Source: Setoptus koraiensis
Lineage: Eukaryota; Animalia; Arthropoda
Length of the DNA: 64,000 nt
NCBI GenBank assembly: GCA_048013815.1
Contig: CM106586.1
Location: 10,664,001 to 10,728,000, forward strand
Direction of reading: 5' to 3'
The translations under genes and the position numbers were made by a program. The first letter of the stretch is position 1; each line of letters starts with the position of its first letter. This document shows positions 9,850 through 20,839 of the stretch, piece after piece. Below the pieces are notes generated by a model. It worked only from the letters and a program-made list of their open reading frames with translations. It was not told the DNA's origin and did not search any database.

Positions 9850-11022
9850 ATGGCTGTCCATTACAAATTCAAGAACACATTACATTATGACGCCATTAAA
9901 TTTGATGGCGTTTACATCTCTACAGCTGATCTCAAAAATATAATCATTCAACAGAAGAAACTAGTGAAAGGAGATTCAGACCTCAAAATAACCAACGAGG
10001 AGACCGGCAAGAGCTACACAGATGATCAATTGATACCCAAAAACACTTCACTTATAATATCGCGTGTACCATTTCCTCAAACTAATAAACGGGCCAGAGA
10101 TAATGTGTCCCAATCTCCAGCTATCAGAAGCGGTGTTGTAACGAATAGCAATACCAACAATATTAGTAATAATATTAACAATCATTCGAAAAATAGATCA
10201 CACCCCTACAGGTTCAATAATAATAGTAACAATAATAGTACCAATAATAATAATAGTACTAGTTATAATAACAACAACAACAATCATCGTGGTCCGCCCA
10301 AGGAAACTCTCGACAATAACAACTATGAGTCCATGACTGACGAGGAAAGGATGAAACAAATTCAGTTACAATCGACCAGGGACTTTGATCCAACTCGCTA
10401 TGCTCGTGGTGGACGCGGCGGCCACAATCATCATGCCAACTATCCACTACCTCCCGGTTACTCATGCCATAGATGCGGCCTACCTGGTCATCACATTAAA
10501 AATTGTACCTCTAGCTTCAATCATAAAGTAAAATTAAGTAGCGGTATACCCAGAAGCTTCATGATTCCTTCCAGTTCCGATGTAAAAGGTGCAATGATGA
10601 CTCAATCTGGCGAATGGGCTGTGCCTGTTATAGATCATGAAGCTTATAAAGAGTTTAAGAAAGAGAAGGCTCCCTTTTTGGATGAGAACAATGATAATGT
10701 CTCGCCACATACTAAACCTGAAGTGCCTGATTATTTACAATGTTGCATATGCTCTGAATTACTCAATGATGCCGTACTCATCTCGTGCTGTAAGAATAAA
10801 TTTTGTGATGATTGTATTAGAACAAAATTAATTGAGTCAGAAATGCATGAGTGTCCAATGTGTGGCACTAAGGGCATATCGCCGGATTCACTCATATCGA
10901 GTTCGTTTTGGCGTTTAGAAGTTGCCAACTATAACGGTCACGATGCATCAACTAATATTGACAATAGTGAGGACATGCTAGACAAGTTTACTAAATTTCT
11001 AAAATCTCAACAATTAAAATAA
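9850..11022 (+). CDS. RBBP6: RBBP6/Mpe1-like E3 ligase (DWNN + CCHC zinc knuckle + RING), 390 aa, intronless
   Basis: MAVHYKFK DWNN start, CHRCGLPGHHIKNC knuckle, K.SSGIPRSF, and a RING (C..C.ELL.DAV...CC...FCD.CIR..L......CPMC). Confidence 0.93.
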   Translation: MAVHYKFKNTLHYDAIKFDGVYISTADLKNIIIQQKKLVKGDSDLKITNEETGKSYTDDQLIPKNTSLIISRVPFPQTNKRARDNVSQSPAIRSGVVTNSNTNNISNNINNHSKNRSHPYRFNNNSNNNSTNNNNSTSYNNNNNNHRGPPKETLDNNNYESMTDEERMKQIQLQSTRDFDPTRYARGGRGGHNHHANYPLPPGYSCHRCGLPGHHIKNCTSSFNHKVKLSSGIPRSFMIPSSSDVKGAMMTQSGEWAVPVIDHEAYKEFKKEKAPFLDENNDNVSPHTKPEVPDYLQCCICSELLNDAVLISCCKNKFCDDCIRTKLIESEMHECPMCGTKGISPDSLISSSFWRLEVANYNGHDASTNIDNSEDMLDKFTKFLKSQQLK

Positions 11023-11117
11023 ACATAATAATGAGCGCTTTAGTAATCGGGAAGGCGAAAGAATTTTTGCCTCTCGCTCCTGGCCGAGTGGAGAGAGCCT
11101 CGCCTGATCCCTATTGC

Positions 11118-12058
11118 GCTTGTTATGTTCAAAAAACGCGCTGAGGTCTCCGAGAATCATTATTGTTTTTGTTTTGACATGTTGATATCAATTTTCTTTC
11201 TCTTGTGCATCGTGTGTCATCCTTCAAATTTTTTTTACGCTACTTTGAATATATGTCCACTAGAAAGGAAGCAACATAACTTTTTGAAACAAAATATACG
11301 GGAGCATCTATGAGGGCACATGTTTCCTCCGGTCAATTATCTTGTCCGTCCCAACCGCTGGCAGCCGTGTCAGAGAAAACCTACAAGATTTGTGGGACGC
11401 AGGTACGAATGGTGCTCATGCAAATGAAAAACTCGGTGATGCTATGTCTTATGAACGGTGACAATACATCATCATGTCTGGGAGACATGCGGAATTTCAA
11501 CGATCTCAGCATGGGAACAGCAGGTATCAGCTCAACTATTATACCGTCCAGTGAGTCAGCCATTTCGCTTAGTCTAAGCAAGCAAATCAGTCAAAGATTT
11601 TACGCTAAAATGCCGGTGTATGCCTCGTTTACCTGCACCATTCCTAGCAGTCATCCACGCGAGGTGTACATCAAAGAGTTACAACTCAAGGCTGCCGAAT
11701 TCGTAGAATCTCTAAAAAACCTTTAGAGAGAGAGAAATGTGTGCAACTGTTGCCTGAATCGCATAGGCTACGAATATCAACCGTTAGTGAGAAAACGCCA
11801 GACTAGTTTATTGAATTTCTAAACTCTCGGCAATCCAAATAAACTTAACAGCAGAGTTACATAGTGAGGTACATAGTGATATGGGAAATAAAATAATAAT
11901 ATTTAATCGGTCATATGCTTGCAACATTCAAAATACGCGCTGAGGTCTCCGATGATCATAAGCAATTTTTTGTTTGACATGTTGATGTCAACCTTCTCTC
12001 ACTCGTGAATTGTGTTGCACTCTTTACCTTTATTTTATTTCCATATTCGTCAAATCAG
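11118..12058 (+). repeat. Diverged direct repeat: ~11118-11263 and ~11917-12058, each ending in a splice-acceptor-like YAG
   Basis: Shared core TTCAAAAwACGCGCTGAGGTCTCCGA...TTTGACATGTTGATrTCAA..TTCT; both copies end AT...GTC.A..(T/C)AG|AA. Confidence 0.85.
11310..11726 (+). CDS. PSMG4-like inverted duplicate with new N- and C-termini, 138 aa
   Basis: 11350-11713 is the reverse complement of 8659-9022 (364 bp, 4 substitutions counted by eye). The ORF is intact and uses a new ATG at 11310. Confidence 0.7.
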   Translation: MRAHVSSGQLSCPSQPLAAVSEKTYKICGTQVRMVLMQMKNSVMLCLMNGDNTSSCLGDMRNFNDLSMGTAGISSTIIPSSESAISLSLSKQISQRFYAKMPVYASFTCTIPSSHPREVYIKELQLKAAEFVESLKNL

Positions 12059-12059
12059 A

Positions 12060-14839
12060 ATGTCAGACTACCACAAAAGAAGCCTTACACATCGCCTCAA
12101 GGGAGAGAGGTTACGCGAGTCAATCAAAAAACAACGGCTTAAATGTGACCCAATGAGGCAACTGCAACCTGATTTCTCATCACCCAGTTCAATTCCAGCT
12201 TTTGACAACGTCAATGACTTCAAGAAGCAATCTAACATCAGCAAGGAACTGGCAGCTTCCATTAAACTCATGGTCAGTAACATATCAAAATCATTCATCG
12301 TTGGATGGTACGGAGTCGTTAGTCAAACAAATCACGACTTCGTAGCTAGTTGCGATGCACTAATTGAGAATTCCATGTTGAAATTCGCTGAGAGGTGTAC
12401 CAGTTCGCTTGACAAACACAAAGCCGGTCAAATAATAGTAGATCTGTTGCATGATCATATATTCAGTACAAGCAACCAGCAGAAATTGGATTTTATTTCC
12501 AACCAAATTGATCACCATGAGTATGATATATGCGAGAATTTCGTCATTAAACTCTATGATCTATTGTGCAATGAACAATTGCGAGATGTCATTTGGGCTT
12601 CGCATGACGATATCATATCAGTGGAGGGCAATAAATCTAGCAATATGCCACATAACTTGCACAATAGGACATCAGGCTTGTATTCTTTGGTGATCGCTAT
12701 GCTGTCAGAGTCAGTCTTCATGCCAATCGTTGATTCTATTTCATCTCCCATGTGGCTCTATGCAATAATCATATGGTTTTGTGAGCGAGAGGAAGAAGCA
12801 AGAAAGAATTCTACCTCCAGTCAGTGCAATACAAAAACGAACAACAGTCTTGCTGAAAAGAATGCCGATCCTCAGTCACCATGCAACGGACTTCAATTAA
12901 ATGCAGCCTCAGCTGGATGTCCGGCTGAAAACTTCAATTCACAGGAGTGTGGACGGAGTTCATACAATCCCACAATAGTTACTACTAACCTACCAACCAC
13001 AGATAGTGAGAATTCTGTCGATAATTTATCGCAACACCTTCCAATCCATACGAATAGGGATTTCACTCGAGTCAACGACTATCCAGACTTCACACCACAA
13101 TCGAACACTCTGAGTCTGGGAAGTTTGAGTAAAGACCGCGGTTCGCGCTCTCTAGATTTAGAAGAAGGCTTCGATGTAACGTCTGCAATAAACTTCGACG
13201 CGCCTATCTGTGATAGCTTAAAGAGACCCTTAGAAAATATAAAAATATGCTCAACGGAAGAAGTTAAAACTAGCAACTCAACCTATGTGCTATATTGTAT
13301 AACCTATGACGGATTGTTCCATTACAGAGGCTCAGAGACGATCTTCGATGCAGATCAGGAGGCACGAACATCAGAATTATCTGGCAGCCGACAATCTAAC
13401 CTGAACGATGAAAATCAAATAGATCGGAATCAAGTCGATGTTGATGGGCCAGTTTCGTCAACATTCAGCAGGAAACCCTATCGCAAAAGAATTACGATCA
13501 AGAGACGCTTCAGAGAGTTTGTTCTACTTCAACTAAGACTAGAAGAAAACCCTAAAGTTAGACCATATCTTAAAAATATTCCAAAGCCAACCAAACTTAA
13601 AGCTGCAACTCAAAATATATTTTCCATACCCGGAATCACAAATATAAAACTAGACCAATCAACCATCAAATTGAGACAAAGATTTTTGGAACGTTTCCTA
13701 CTATCTTTAAACAATTCACCGTTCATAGCAAACAGTTTTGAATTCAAAGAGTTCTTTTCTTACAACATAGACCCCACCACATTAGTCAACATATCTAAAT
13801 CAAAATCGCTCATACTTCAAGTGAATCTAAACAAAGTTTTTGTAGAGACACTCCGTAGCGCTTTGGCAATAATTAGGGCCTCATTACCAGGTGAGTATCT
13901 ATTGGTAGTTTGTAAATTGTTCACAAAAGGCGAGGCATTCATATCATGAACTCGTATGATCCTTATCCACTCGTTTAAAATGTAGGTGATGAATATCAAT
14001 TAGGATCGAACCATGACCCCGACGCATGGCTTGTAGAGCTTCAGAGGAGTACACTTAGACTGCATGTCCAAACCCGCACTAGTCACTCAAAAATGAATCT
14101 GGAAAAGTTATTAGACTCAAAGTTGATTGCATTGACTATAAATAATCAATCAAGCACTAGAAAAACTGGAATAAAAGATCACGATGCTGATGAGATGATA
14201 TCGAAGGATGACGAACTATTCTACGATGCGTTAAGTGAGGACACATCCACTGAAAAAGGTCCATGCACCAGACCCGCATCTGTTCCTATAGCGGATCGTC
14301 TAATTGATATTATTCATTATGCCTCAAGTGGTGATGCTCAATGTTCTAGAACCAACCTGAATTGGATATCTAGATTTTTGTTAAGTAGAACGATTGAAAG
14401 GTAGTTATGGAATTTTCGGTTAAATATAAACTGAGAGTTACATTTATTCGATTTCACAAACTAATAGAGTCCTATCACTTATGTGTTCTTCAGGTATGTC
14501 AAAATTTGCCTGGACCTAGCTTTCACCGTGGACAATGCCGCTTTTTGCATAGACGGAATCACCAAATCTATTTGGCCCGAAGAAGATGTCCTTCCACCCT
14601 TGGATATTGAAAATGGTACTCTCGAAAAGGCATCAGATCATTTAGCTCGGTTAATCGAGCAGCGGTATCTGAACTTTGCCTTCCTCCCCAAGTCATTCAT
14701 CCATTCCATTATATCTAGAGTCATGAGATTTTATCTGTCTCAAATGTCATCACAGCAGCGCAATAAGTATGTTATCTACTCTTTTTTTAACCAACTCCTA
14801 GATGAATTGAAGAGGACAGGCTCAGGAGTCAGGCTGTGA
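12060..14839 (+). CDS. Sorting nexin of PXA-PX-Nexin_C type without RGS domain (SNX19-like); join(12060..13890,13986..14400,14494..14839), 863 aa
   Basis: PX domain (YVLYCI...IKRRFREFVLLQLRLE...R.RFLERFL..L.......S...KEFF) and Nexin_C-like end (NKYVIYSFFNQLLDEL). Two GT-AG introns (95 and 93 bp) join three ORFs in frame; 2592 nt total. Confidence 0.8.
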
Positions 14840-15223
14840 TGACCGTTGCTTCTGAACCAGCTCGTCAATGGCATGTTTGAGAATAAAATTTGTCTCGACC
14901 TGCTGCTTCCACTCATTTTGGAGGTGTTCAATTTTTTCCTCGAATTTTATTTGCGAAGCCTTCCTGGCCAAGTTGACATCGTTGATTGATTGTTGAACTT
15001 TGTCTAGCCTCTTGTTCAAAGTATCCATAATCTCCTCTAGGCATCCTATATACTGTTTGTATGATTCGGCGGAATATTTTTTCATTAAGACAAGATTGTC
15101 TGATTGATCTCGCAGATATTCAACATTTGAGCCTAATTTGCGATAGCACTCAAGCCATGTCTCAAATTTGTCCGCTTCGCCGGGTTCTGGCAGTGACACA
15201 CCGCTGACCTCTTGTTCGCTCAT
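14822..15223 (-). CDS. BCAS2: Pre-mRNA splicing factor SPF27/BCAS2, short form (133 aa)
   Basis: LPEP....W.EC......E......NL.LM.....ESYKQY...L......L......I.DVN.ARK.SQ....KI..L...W...V..N matches the BCAS2 C-terminal coiled coil. Confidence 0.75.
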   Translation of the reverse strand: MSEQEVSGVSLPEPGEADKFETWLECYRKLGSNVEYLRDQSDNLVLMKKYSAESYKQYIGCLEEIMDTLNKRLDKVQQSINDVNLARKASQIKFEEKIEHLQNEWKQQVETNFILKHAIDELVQKQRSSQPDS

Positions 15224-15924
15224 GTCGACTGTCTCCGAGGTCTGTCGTTGTTTTATTGAAATACTAAAGACTAGATGTAACAATCTTTCTAGGTAAAAGA
15301 GATGGATACTGCTGGGAAACTCTAGTCCTCAGTGAGAATCTCCGACAAGTGAACCAAACATGACCGACCGGGTACCATCACTCAATGACTGAGCGCTAAA
15401 TTTGAATATGATTTGGAAAAAAAATCTTCCCCGAAAACGAAAAAAAGAAAATATTTTTCGCAAAATATCCGCTAAAACAGTAGTGAAATTATCGACTTGG
15501 AAGATATTCTTGAGAAAAAATGACAAGTGACATCAATTGACAACTTTTTCTGTCTGTCTGGGATTCCATGCAAGTTGCAAATGCCGAATGGCCAAACAAA
15601 AGATTTGGTTGGTTAGCACACTTTGTGAGCCGTTCTTAGAGAGCCCTCTTCAGGACATACTCTAAAGTGCACGTACAACCTGTACTTAAGAACCCTATGG
15701 TCCAGTGGCTGATGCATTGTGGAATGCACTTACCCTCCACAACGCTTGCATATATATATCATGTCATGTTCGACACCCATCATGTTGGGACCATTGTGAA
15801 TAGATTCACAATACGCGTTTGGCAACCATTTTCACTGTATATTATCTAATTGTATTATAGCAATTGACACTTCTTATTACTTAATACTATTTATCAATAT
15901 CAACTATTAACATAAATAACAAGC

Positions 15925-16675
15925 ATGAACGAAGAGGTCGATAATGCAAGAATCCATAAATTCACTATTTATATAGTCAACAGCTTTATGAGGTCACAAT
16001 TGCTCGAAAGAGGCTATACCTGGGAACCAAAAGATAACAACAATGATAGAGAATTCAAAGAAATCAGAGAATATATCAAAATAACTAGGATAATGGAAAC
16101 GCTACACGTACTAGTTAAGGAATTGCGTGCTTTTACCCGAAACAATGAACATTTTCCTAGAATTGTATCACTGTTAGATGATATCCACCCTGAGGGGGCC
16201 CATGATGCCTTCAATACCATTTCAGATGAATTGTTCTCCGATGGAATAGGGTGGTCGCACATTGTGACATTACTTGTTTTTGGTCAAGAACTAGCCATTA
16301 ACTGTATAGAAAACAGAAATGACGACATGGTCGATCGCATTGCTAGTTGGATGTCATCCTATATTAATCTCAAACTTTCCGAATGGATTAGAAACCAAGG
16401 CGGATGGGTAAGTGTCAAGCAATGATGTAGTTTGCGAAATCAAATAGATCTTTCAATATGTACACATTATTGTCATATCTGACCAATTACTCTTAACTAC
16501 TTACTTATTCTCATCTCTTATATCTTTTTCACAGGAGAGCGTTAGACGTTTCGCCTCAGAACGACCCGCGCCCCAGAACCAAAATAAATCACTCAAGATA
16601 TTTTGTGGTCTAGCAGCTACAGTATTTATGCTGGGCTTCACACTTCTCTACTCAAAACTCCGAAAAGAACTATGA
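15925..16675 (+). CDS. Bcl-2 family protein with C-terminal TM anchor; join(15925..16407,16535..16675), 207 aa
   Basis: BH1-like F..I..ELFSDGIGWSHIVTLLVFG and BH2 WI..QGGW. The GT-AG intron falls right after GGW, the usual position in this family. Exon 2 gives a hydrophobic tail IFCGLAATVFMLGFTLLY-SKLRK. Confidence 0.88.
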
Positions 16676-16928
16676 TCAATATTTTTATAATCATGAAAAC
16701 GGCCCAACTAGAATGTCCAAGGATAGAATCTCAAGTTGTGAAACGACTGCTATCATTTTCCATCAATAGAATCAAACTTATGTTTGAGCACCCATTCCTC
16801 GTGAGGCATCTACAGAATTATAAATAAGCTTGGTCATCCGGTGCTCTAATAAATATAGTTTTATAGAAAAAAGCGAACCTTTTTGTCAAGCGTCTCTTTA
16901 TTCCATTCTCGATGCTGATTTGATACAA

Positions 16929-19900
16929 TCATGTTTTTTTGATTTTCTTTTTGAATTTCTTTTTCTCTCTTATTGACGTATGCTTAGATTTCTTATCGAT
17001 TTTCTTGTGGATTTTTCTCTTGATCTTGGACTTGAGATTAACTTTATCAATTGGTGCATCACCAACAAGTGCGCTCACTTCGTTGTCCACTTTTTTCTTT
17101 GGAACTGAAATTATAGATTTACCTGGATTTGACTTCAGAGCTTTATCCCACTCATGATCATCATCTTTGATTGTGAAATTTTCGAAGTATTTCGCCGTCA
17201 ACTTGGAGGCTTTTTTAATTTCCTTCTTGTTGTCCTTATTGATCTTTCTTGCGGCCTGGTTTAATTCATCAGCTAATGATTGACGAAGCGGCTCTAAGTC
17301 TGGCAATTCTTTCTGAGTTGGTAGGACAGATTCTAATTCTTTCTCAATGGCTCTCTCTTCTATGCTTCTTAAATAAGTGGTAATTTTTCTAATCGCACGA
17401 TTGAAAAGTCCTAACACTTGAGTTGCCTCAAGCGATAAAACTCTGGCCGTTTGGTCGACATTTCTACCTTGCACTCCCATACACAACAATATACAGGCTT
17501 GGACAGCAGATAAGTCGACACTTGAAGGCAGCCAATCAAGAAAATACAGTTTGGATATTCTCAATAGCAAAGGAACTATTTGGTGGTAATCAGAGAGTGA
17601 TCTAGAATATAGGTCTAGTATACCTAACTTTCGTGGTGTAAGGAAAAATCTACGCAATTCCTCCCTTGTCAACTCAGAAGCATCTGGCGATTTCTTTGTA
17701 CTTTTGCTCCTCAAGATACCGAGTGACAGATTGGGACTAAACTCTCTAAACTGATGAACAAGGAATTCGAAGAAATCATTCCGAAACTCTTCGTAAAACG
17801 CACTTAACCAGTCTTCAGGTTGTCTCTCTTTCAATTCCGAATTAACATTGTCTGTAGCTTCAAGGGCTTCGTCCTCATCGATACCCAATCTCTTGAGCAT
17901 GATACAACTATGCTCACCTGTAAGATCGCTAGCTGTTTGCCGTAAGTATACAGGAACATAACCGTTTCGTTTCCAGAATTTAAACAATTCTTGTGTCAGA
18001 CCGAAAGAAACACCCATGTAATCAAGCTTTTCGGCCTTTCGTTCATCAAGGCTCATCAACAGAGGTGGCAAGTCAGTTCTAGGTTCAAACTTGGTATCAT
18101 CTCCATCTTCGGCCGAGTCATTATCAACTTCCGCTTCTTGAGCAAGTCCATTTGATGAGTGATTGTGGTCCTTCTTTTTTGATTTTTTTTCATTCTGCTC
18201 GCTTTCACTAAGGTCCATTTTATCTGTTTGCTCATCTAGAGTCACATCACACTTTCCTGCATAATAGTCTTGTATTAGCTGCAGGGCTCGCGAACCGTAA
18301 CCCATTTTTTGATAATTAGGATTAGTTGCAATTCGTACAACTCTGGCACCGGAAAGAGAGGCGAAGTTGTCATCATTGAATTGTCTAGATATAGTCCAAG
18401 GTATAAGGTCTCCAGCAGCAGGTCTTTTACCTCTCACTAAAGAGTTCATTATTGACTCTCGTGATATTTCACCTTCGAGGCAAATTTGAACAAAGCACAA
18501 AACTTCTGGTAACTGAGTCTTTTTTTTGCTGGGCGCAAGCAAGCAAAATAGATGGTGCGCTGGTGCATCAGATATCATTTGTAGATCATTCGGCGTATTC
18601 TTATAGTGAGATGCCACGTATAGTGCCATGAGATGATGCAGAAATTCCTCCGAAGATTTATGATAACTGAAGAGGGTATCTCTATTAATATAGTACAGTT
18701 GACAATCATCTGGGACGGGACAACCAGAATGCCAAGGCAACTCACAAATTGTTGCATCCAAACATAAGAGACTGTTGAGCCACTTTTCGACCGGATCGTT
18801 AGCACGATAACGGATAGGTTCTTCGAGAACTAGCTCGTTCAAGAGGCGGGAACTCATAAGTTGATCACTACTGTTGGAGGTAGCTGTATTTTGGCGAAGT
18901 TGATTCAAAAGTTTGAGAGACAAAGATCGTCCAGTTCCTTCGTAACCGTTCACTGTGGAAGACAGAAAAACTAGATGGCACCCAAGGAATGATTTAACGA
19001 TCGGTAAAGGTATAGCAGCAGCCTCATCTATTACAAATAGATTCGCCAATTGTATGGACAATTTGTTCTGGGATGCCTCTATGGGATCAATATACTGAAT
19101 AGTTTGATTATGGTCCTTAAAGACATTGATTCTAATGATTGCCTTATTATGATCTTGATCTAGAGACCTGATGACGTTGTAGTCGTGGTGCTCAGTGAGG
19201 TGGACAGCCTCCAGGCCCTTGATAACAAACTCGAAGAGGGTGTGCAAATTTTCAGGTGTAGGCGATGTCACATAGATATTGGAAAAACCGTGAGCAATAG
19301 CAGACGCTATAGATAGTCCCAGAGCGGCCGATTTTCCTCTTCCTCTTGCAGCGGTCAAAGATATAGTGGATCGCACGGTTTTCTTCGATAGGGCCTCTGT
19401 GAATTTGATGACTGCATTAGCTTGATCAACTGTCTTACACAGAGCAACTAGAGATTCCAGCGGTTGTTTATTAGCAATGGACTCACGCAATTTCAGTAAC
19501 TCCGGGTTTGTTGCTGAGAAGTCTTGCTTGGGTTCTAGTTTCAAATCTAATATGTGTGAACAAATTGGTAATATGTTGAATTTATCGTCAATAATACAAC
19601 TAGTCTTACAATCCATGAGTGACAAAATGAACCGTTCATTGAATCTTGATACAACATCTTGATGAGACTCTGTCCTGTATCTCGCATGCACGTCCATGGA
19701 CATAGTATACAGCTGTCTCAGGGAGTTCAGTGTGTTCAATAGTATTATCACCAGACCGCCGCCCTCGACTGTTTCAATGGTTCGCGCGAGGATGTTTGGT
19801 TGCATGGCTTCAAAGTCTTGAAGAACGACCATTCCAAATGTTTGGCCAAGTATCCGATGTGTCTCATTGTAATAGCACCATCTAACATTAGCGGCTGCTA

Positions 19901-20186
19901 AGAACAACTCGAACGGATTGTCTTCGTTTACATTTATGCCAGATTTTTTCATTTTTTCCAATTGCCGCATCCTCTTCTTCCTGTGGGTACTGAAACCCAG
20001 CTCCTTTTTGTAGCACCATAGTACCGAAGGGCGAGTTTTGATATGAGACTTAGTTAATATGTGATATAATGTAACAACCTGGTCACGAGACCTCTCGCCA
20101 ACTATCACAAACAATCCTCTGTGCCCGGTGTTGATAGCATTTTCAGTCAATGTTCTAATCCTGTTGTCTATCTTTACTCGAACCAT
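16929..20186 (-). CDS. NAT10: RNA cytidine acetyltransferase (NAT10/Kre33), intronless
   Basis: MVR.KIDNRIR start, LQDFEA..PN.LARTIETVEGGG, AARGRGKSAALG helicase motif, SHYKNTPNDLQM.SDAPAH, GNAT RVVRIAT.P.YQ.MGYG, Lys-rich tail. Confidence 0.98.
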   Translation of the reverse strand: MVRVKIDNRIRTLTENAINTGHRGLFVIVGERSRDQVVTLYHILTKSHIKTRPSVLWCYKKELGFSTHRKKRMRQLEKMKKSGINVNEDNPFELFLAAANVRWCYYNETHRILGQTFGMVVLQDFEAMQPNILARTIETVEGGGLVIILLNTLNSLRQLYTMSMDVHARYRTESHQDVVSRFNERFILSLMDCKTSCIIDDKFNILPICSHILDLKLEPKQDFSATNPELLKLRESIANKQPLESLVALCKTVDQANAVIKFTEALSKKTVRSTISLTAARGRGKSAALGLSIASAIAHGFSNIYVTSPTPENLHTLFEFVIKGLEAVHLTEHHDYNVIRSLDQDHNKAIIRINVFKDHNQTIQYIDPIEASQNKLSIQLANLFVIDEAAAIPLPIVKSFLGCHLVFLSSTVNGYEGTGRSLSLKLLNQLRQNTATSNSSDQLMSSRLLNELVLEEPIRYRANDPVEKWLNSLLCLDATICELPWHSGCPVPDDCQLYYINRDTLFSYHKSSEEFLHHLMALYVASHYKNTPNDLQMISDAPAHHLFCLLAPSKKKTQLPEVLCFVQICLEGEISRESIMNSLVRGKRPAAGDLIPWTISRQFNDDNFASLSGARVVRIATNPNYQKMGYGSRALQLIQDYYAGKCDVTLDEQTDKMDLSESEQNEKKSKKKDHNHSSNGLAQEAEVDNDSAEDGDDTKFEPRTDLPPLLMSLDERKAEKLDYMGVSFGLTQELFKFWKRNGYVPVYLRQTASDLTGEHSCIMLKRLGIDEDEALEATDNVNSELKERQPEDWLSAFYEEFRNDFFEFLVHQFREFSPNLSLGILRSKSTKKSPDASELTREELRRFFLTPRKLGILDLYSRSLSDYHQIVPLLLRISKLYFLDWLPSSVDLSAVQACILLCMGVQGRNVDQTARVLSLEATQVLGLFNRAIRKITTYLRSIEERAIEKELESVLPTQKELPDLEPLRQSLADELNQAARKINKDNKKEIKKASKLTAKYFENFTIKDDDHEWDKALKSNPGKSIISVPKKKVDNEVSALVGDAPIDKVNLKSKIKRKIHKKIDKKSKHTSIREKKKFKKKIKKT

Positions 20187-20839
20187 TGAGACTGTGAATC
20201 TAGATTGTCGGTTTCACTGAATGTTGAATATTTTCTTGCACAATTTGATCGAAAAGGATAAGTTTATTTCATTGCACGTGTCAGTCGAATGAAGAAGTCG
20301 GCATTTGGAAACGATCAACGTGTTTATGTCGAGAAAATGCAGACCTAACATGCTTTAAGCTGAGCTCCAGCGCCAAATACAAACACGAAATACAGACTTT
20401 CTTCAACAGTTGCCCTCGACAACGGATAAAGTGACAAACTTGATTATGAGACGATCAATGGTCCCTCATAAACTCTTTATTCAGTTCCAAATACACTGTG
20501 ACTTGATTAGTTGATGGTTTCTAGCCACGATGTGCCTAGAAATGTACGAAAATAGTTATTGGAGGTAATAGATATTACCACATAATACATATTACATTAT
20601 CATATGTAATCGAAGAATTCATTTTACAGTTGTGGTGTGTAGAGCTTAATTATAGCTCTAATAGTTTCAAATCTACATCATACAGATAGATTATCAGAGT
20701 ATTTCATAAACAGTATATAGATATGTATGGCAATGATTGCGCGGCGGGATCTTCTGCGGAGTAACTTTACCAATCTATTATATTGGTATCAAATTCTTTA
20801 CATCTTAAAAATTATTCTTGGGGTCCGATGGGCCATGAA

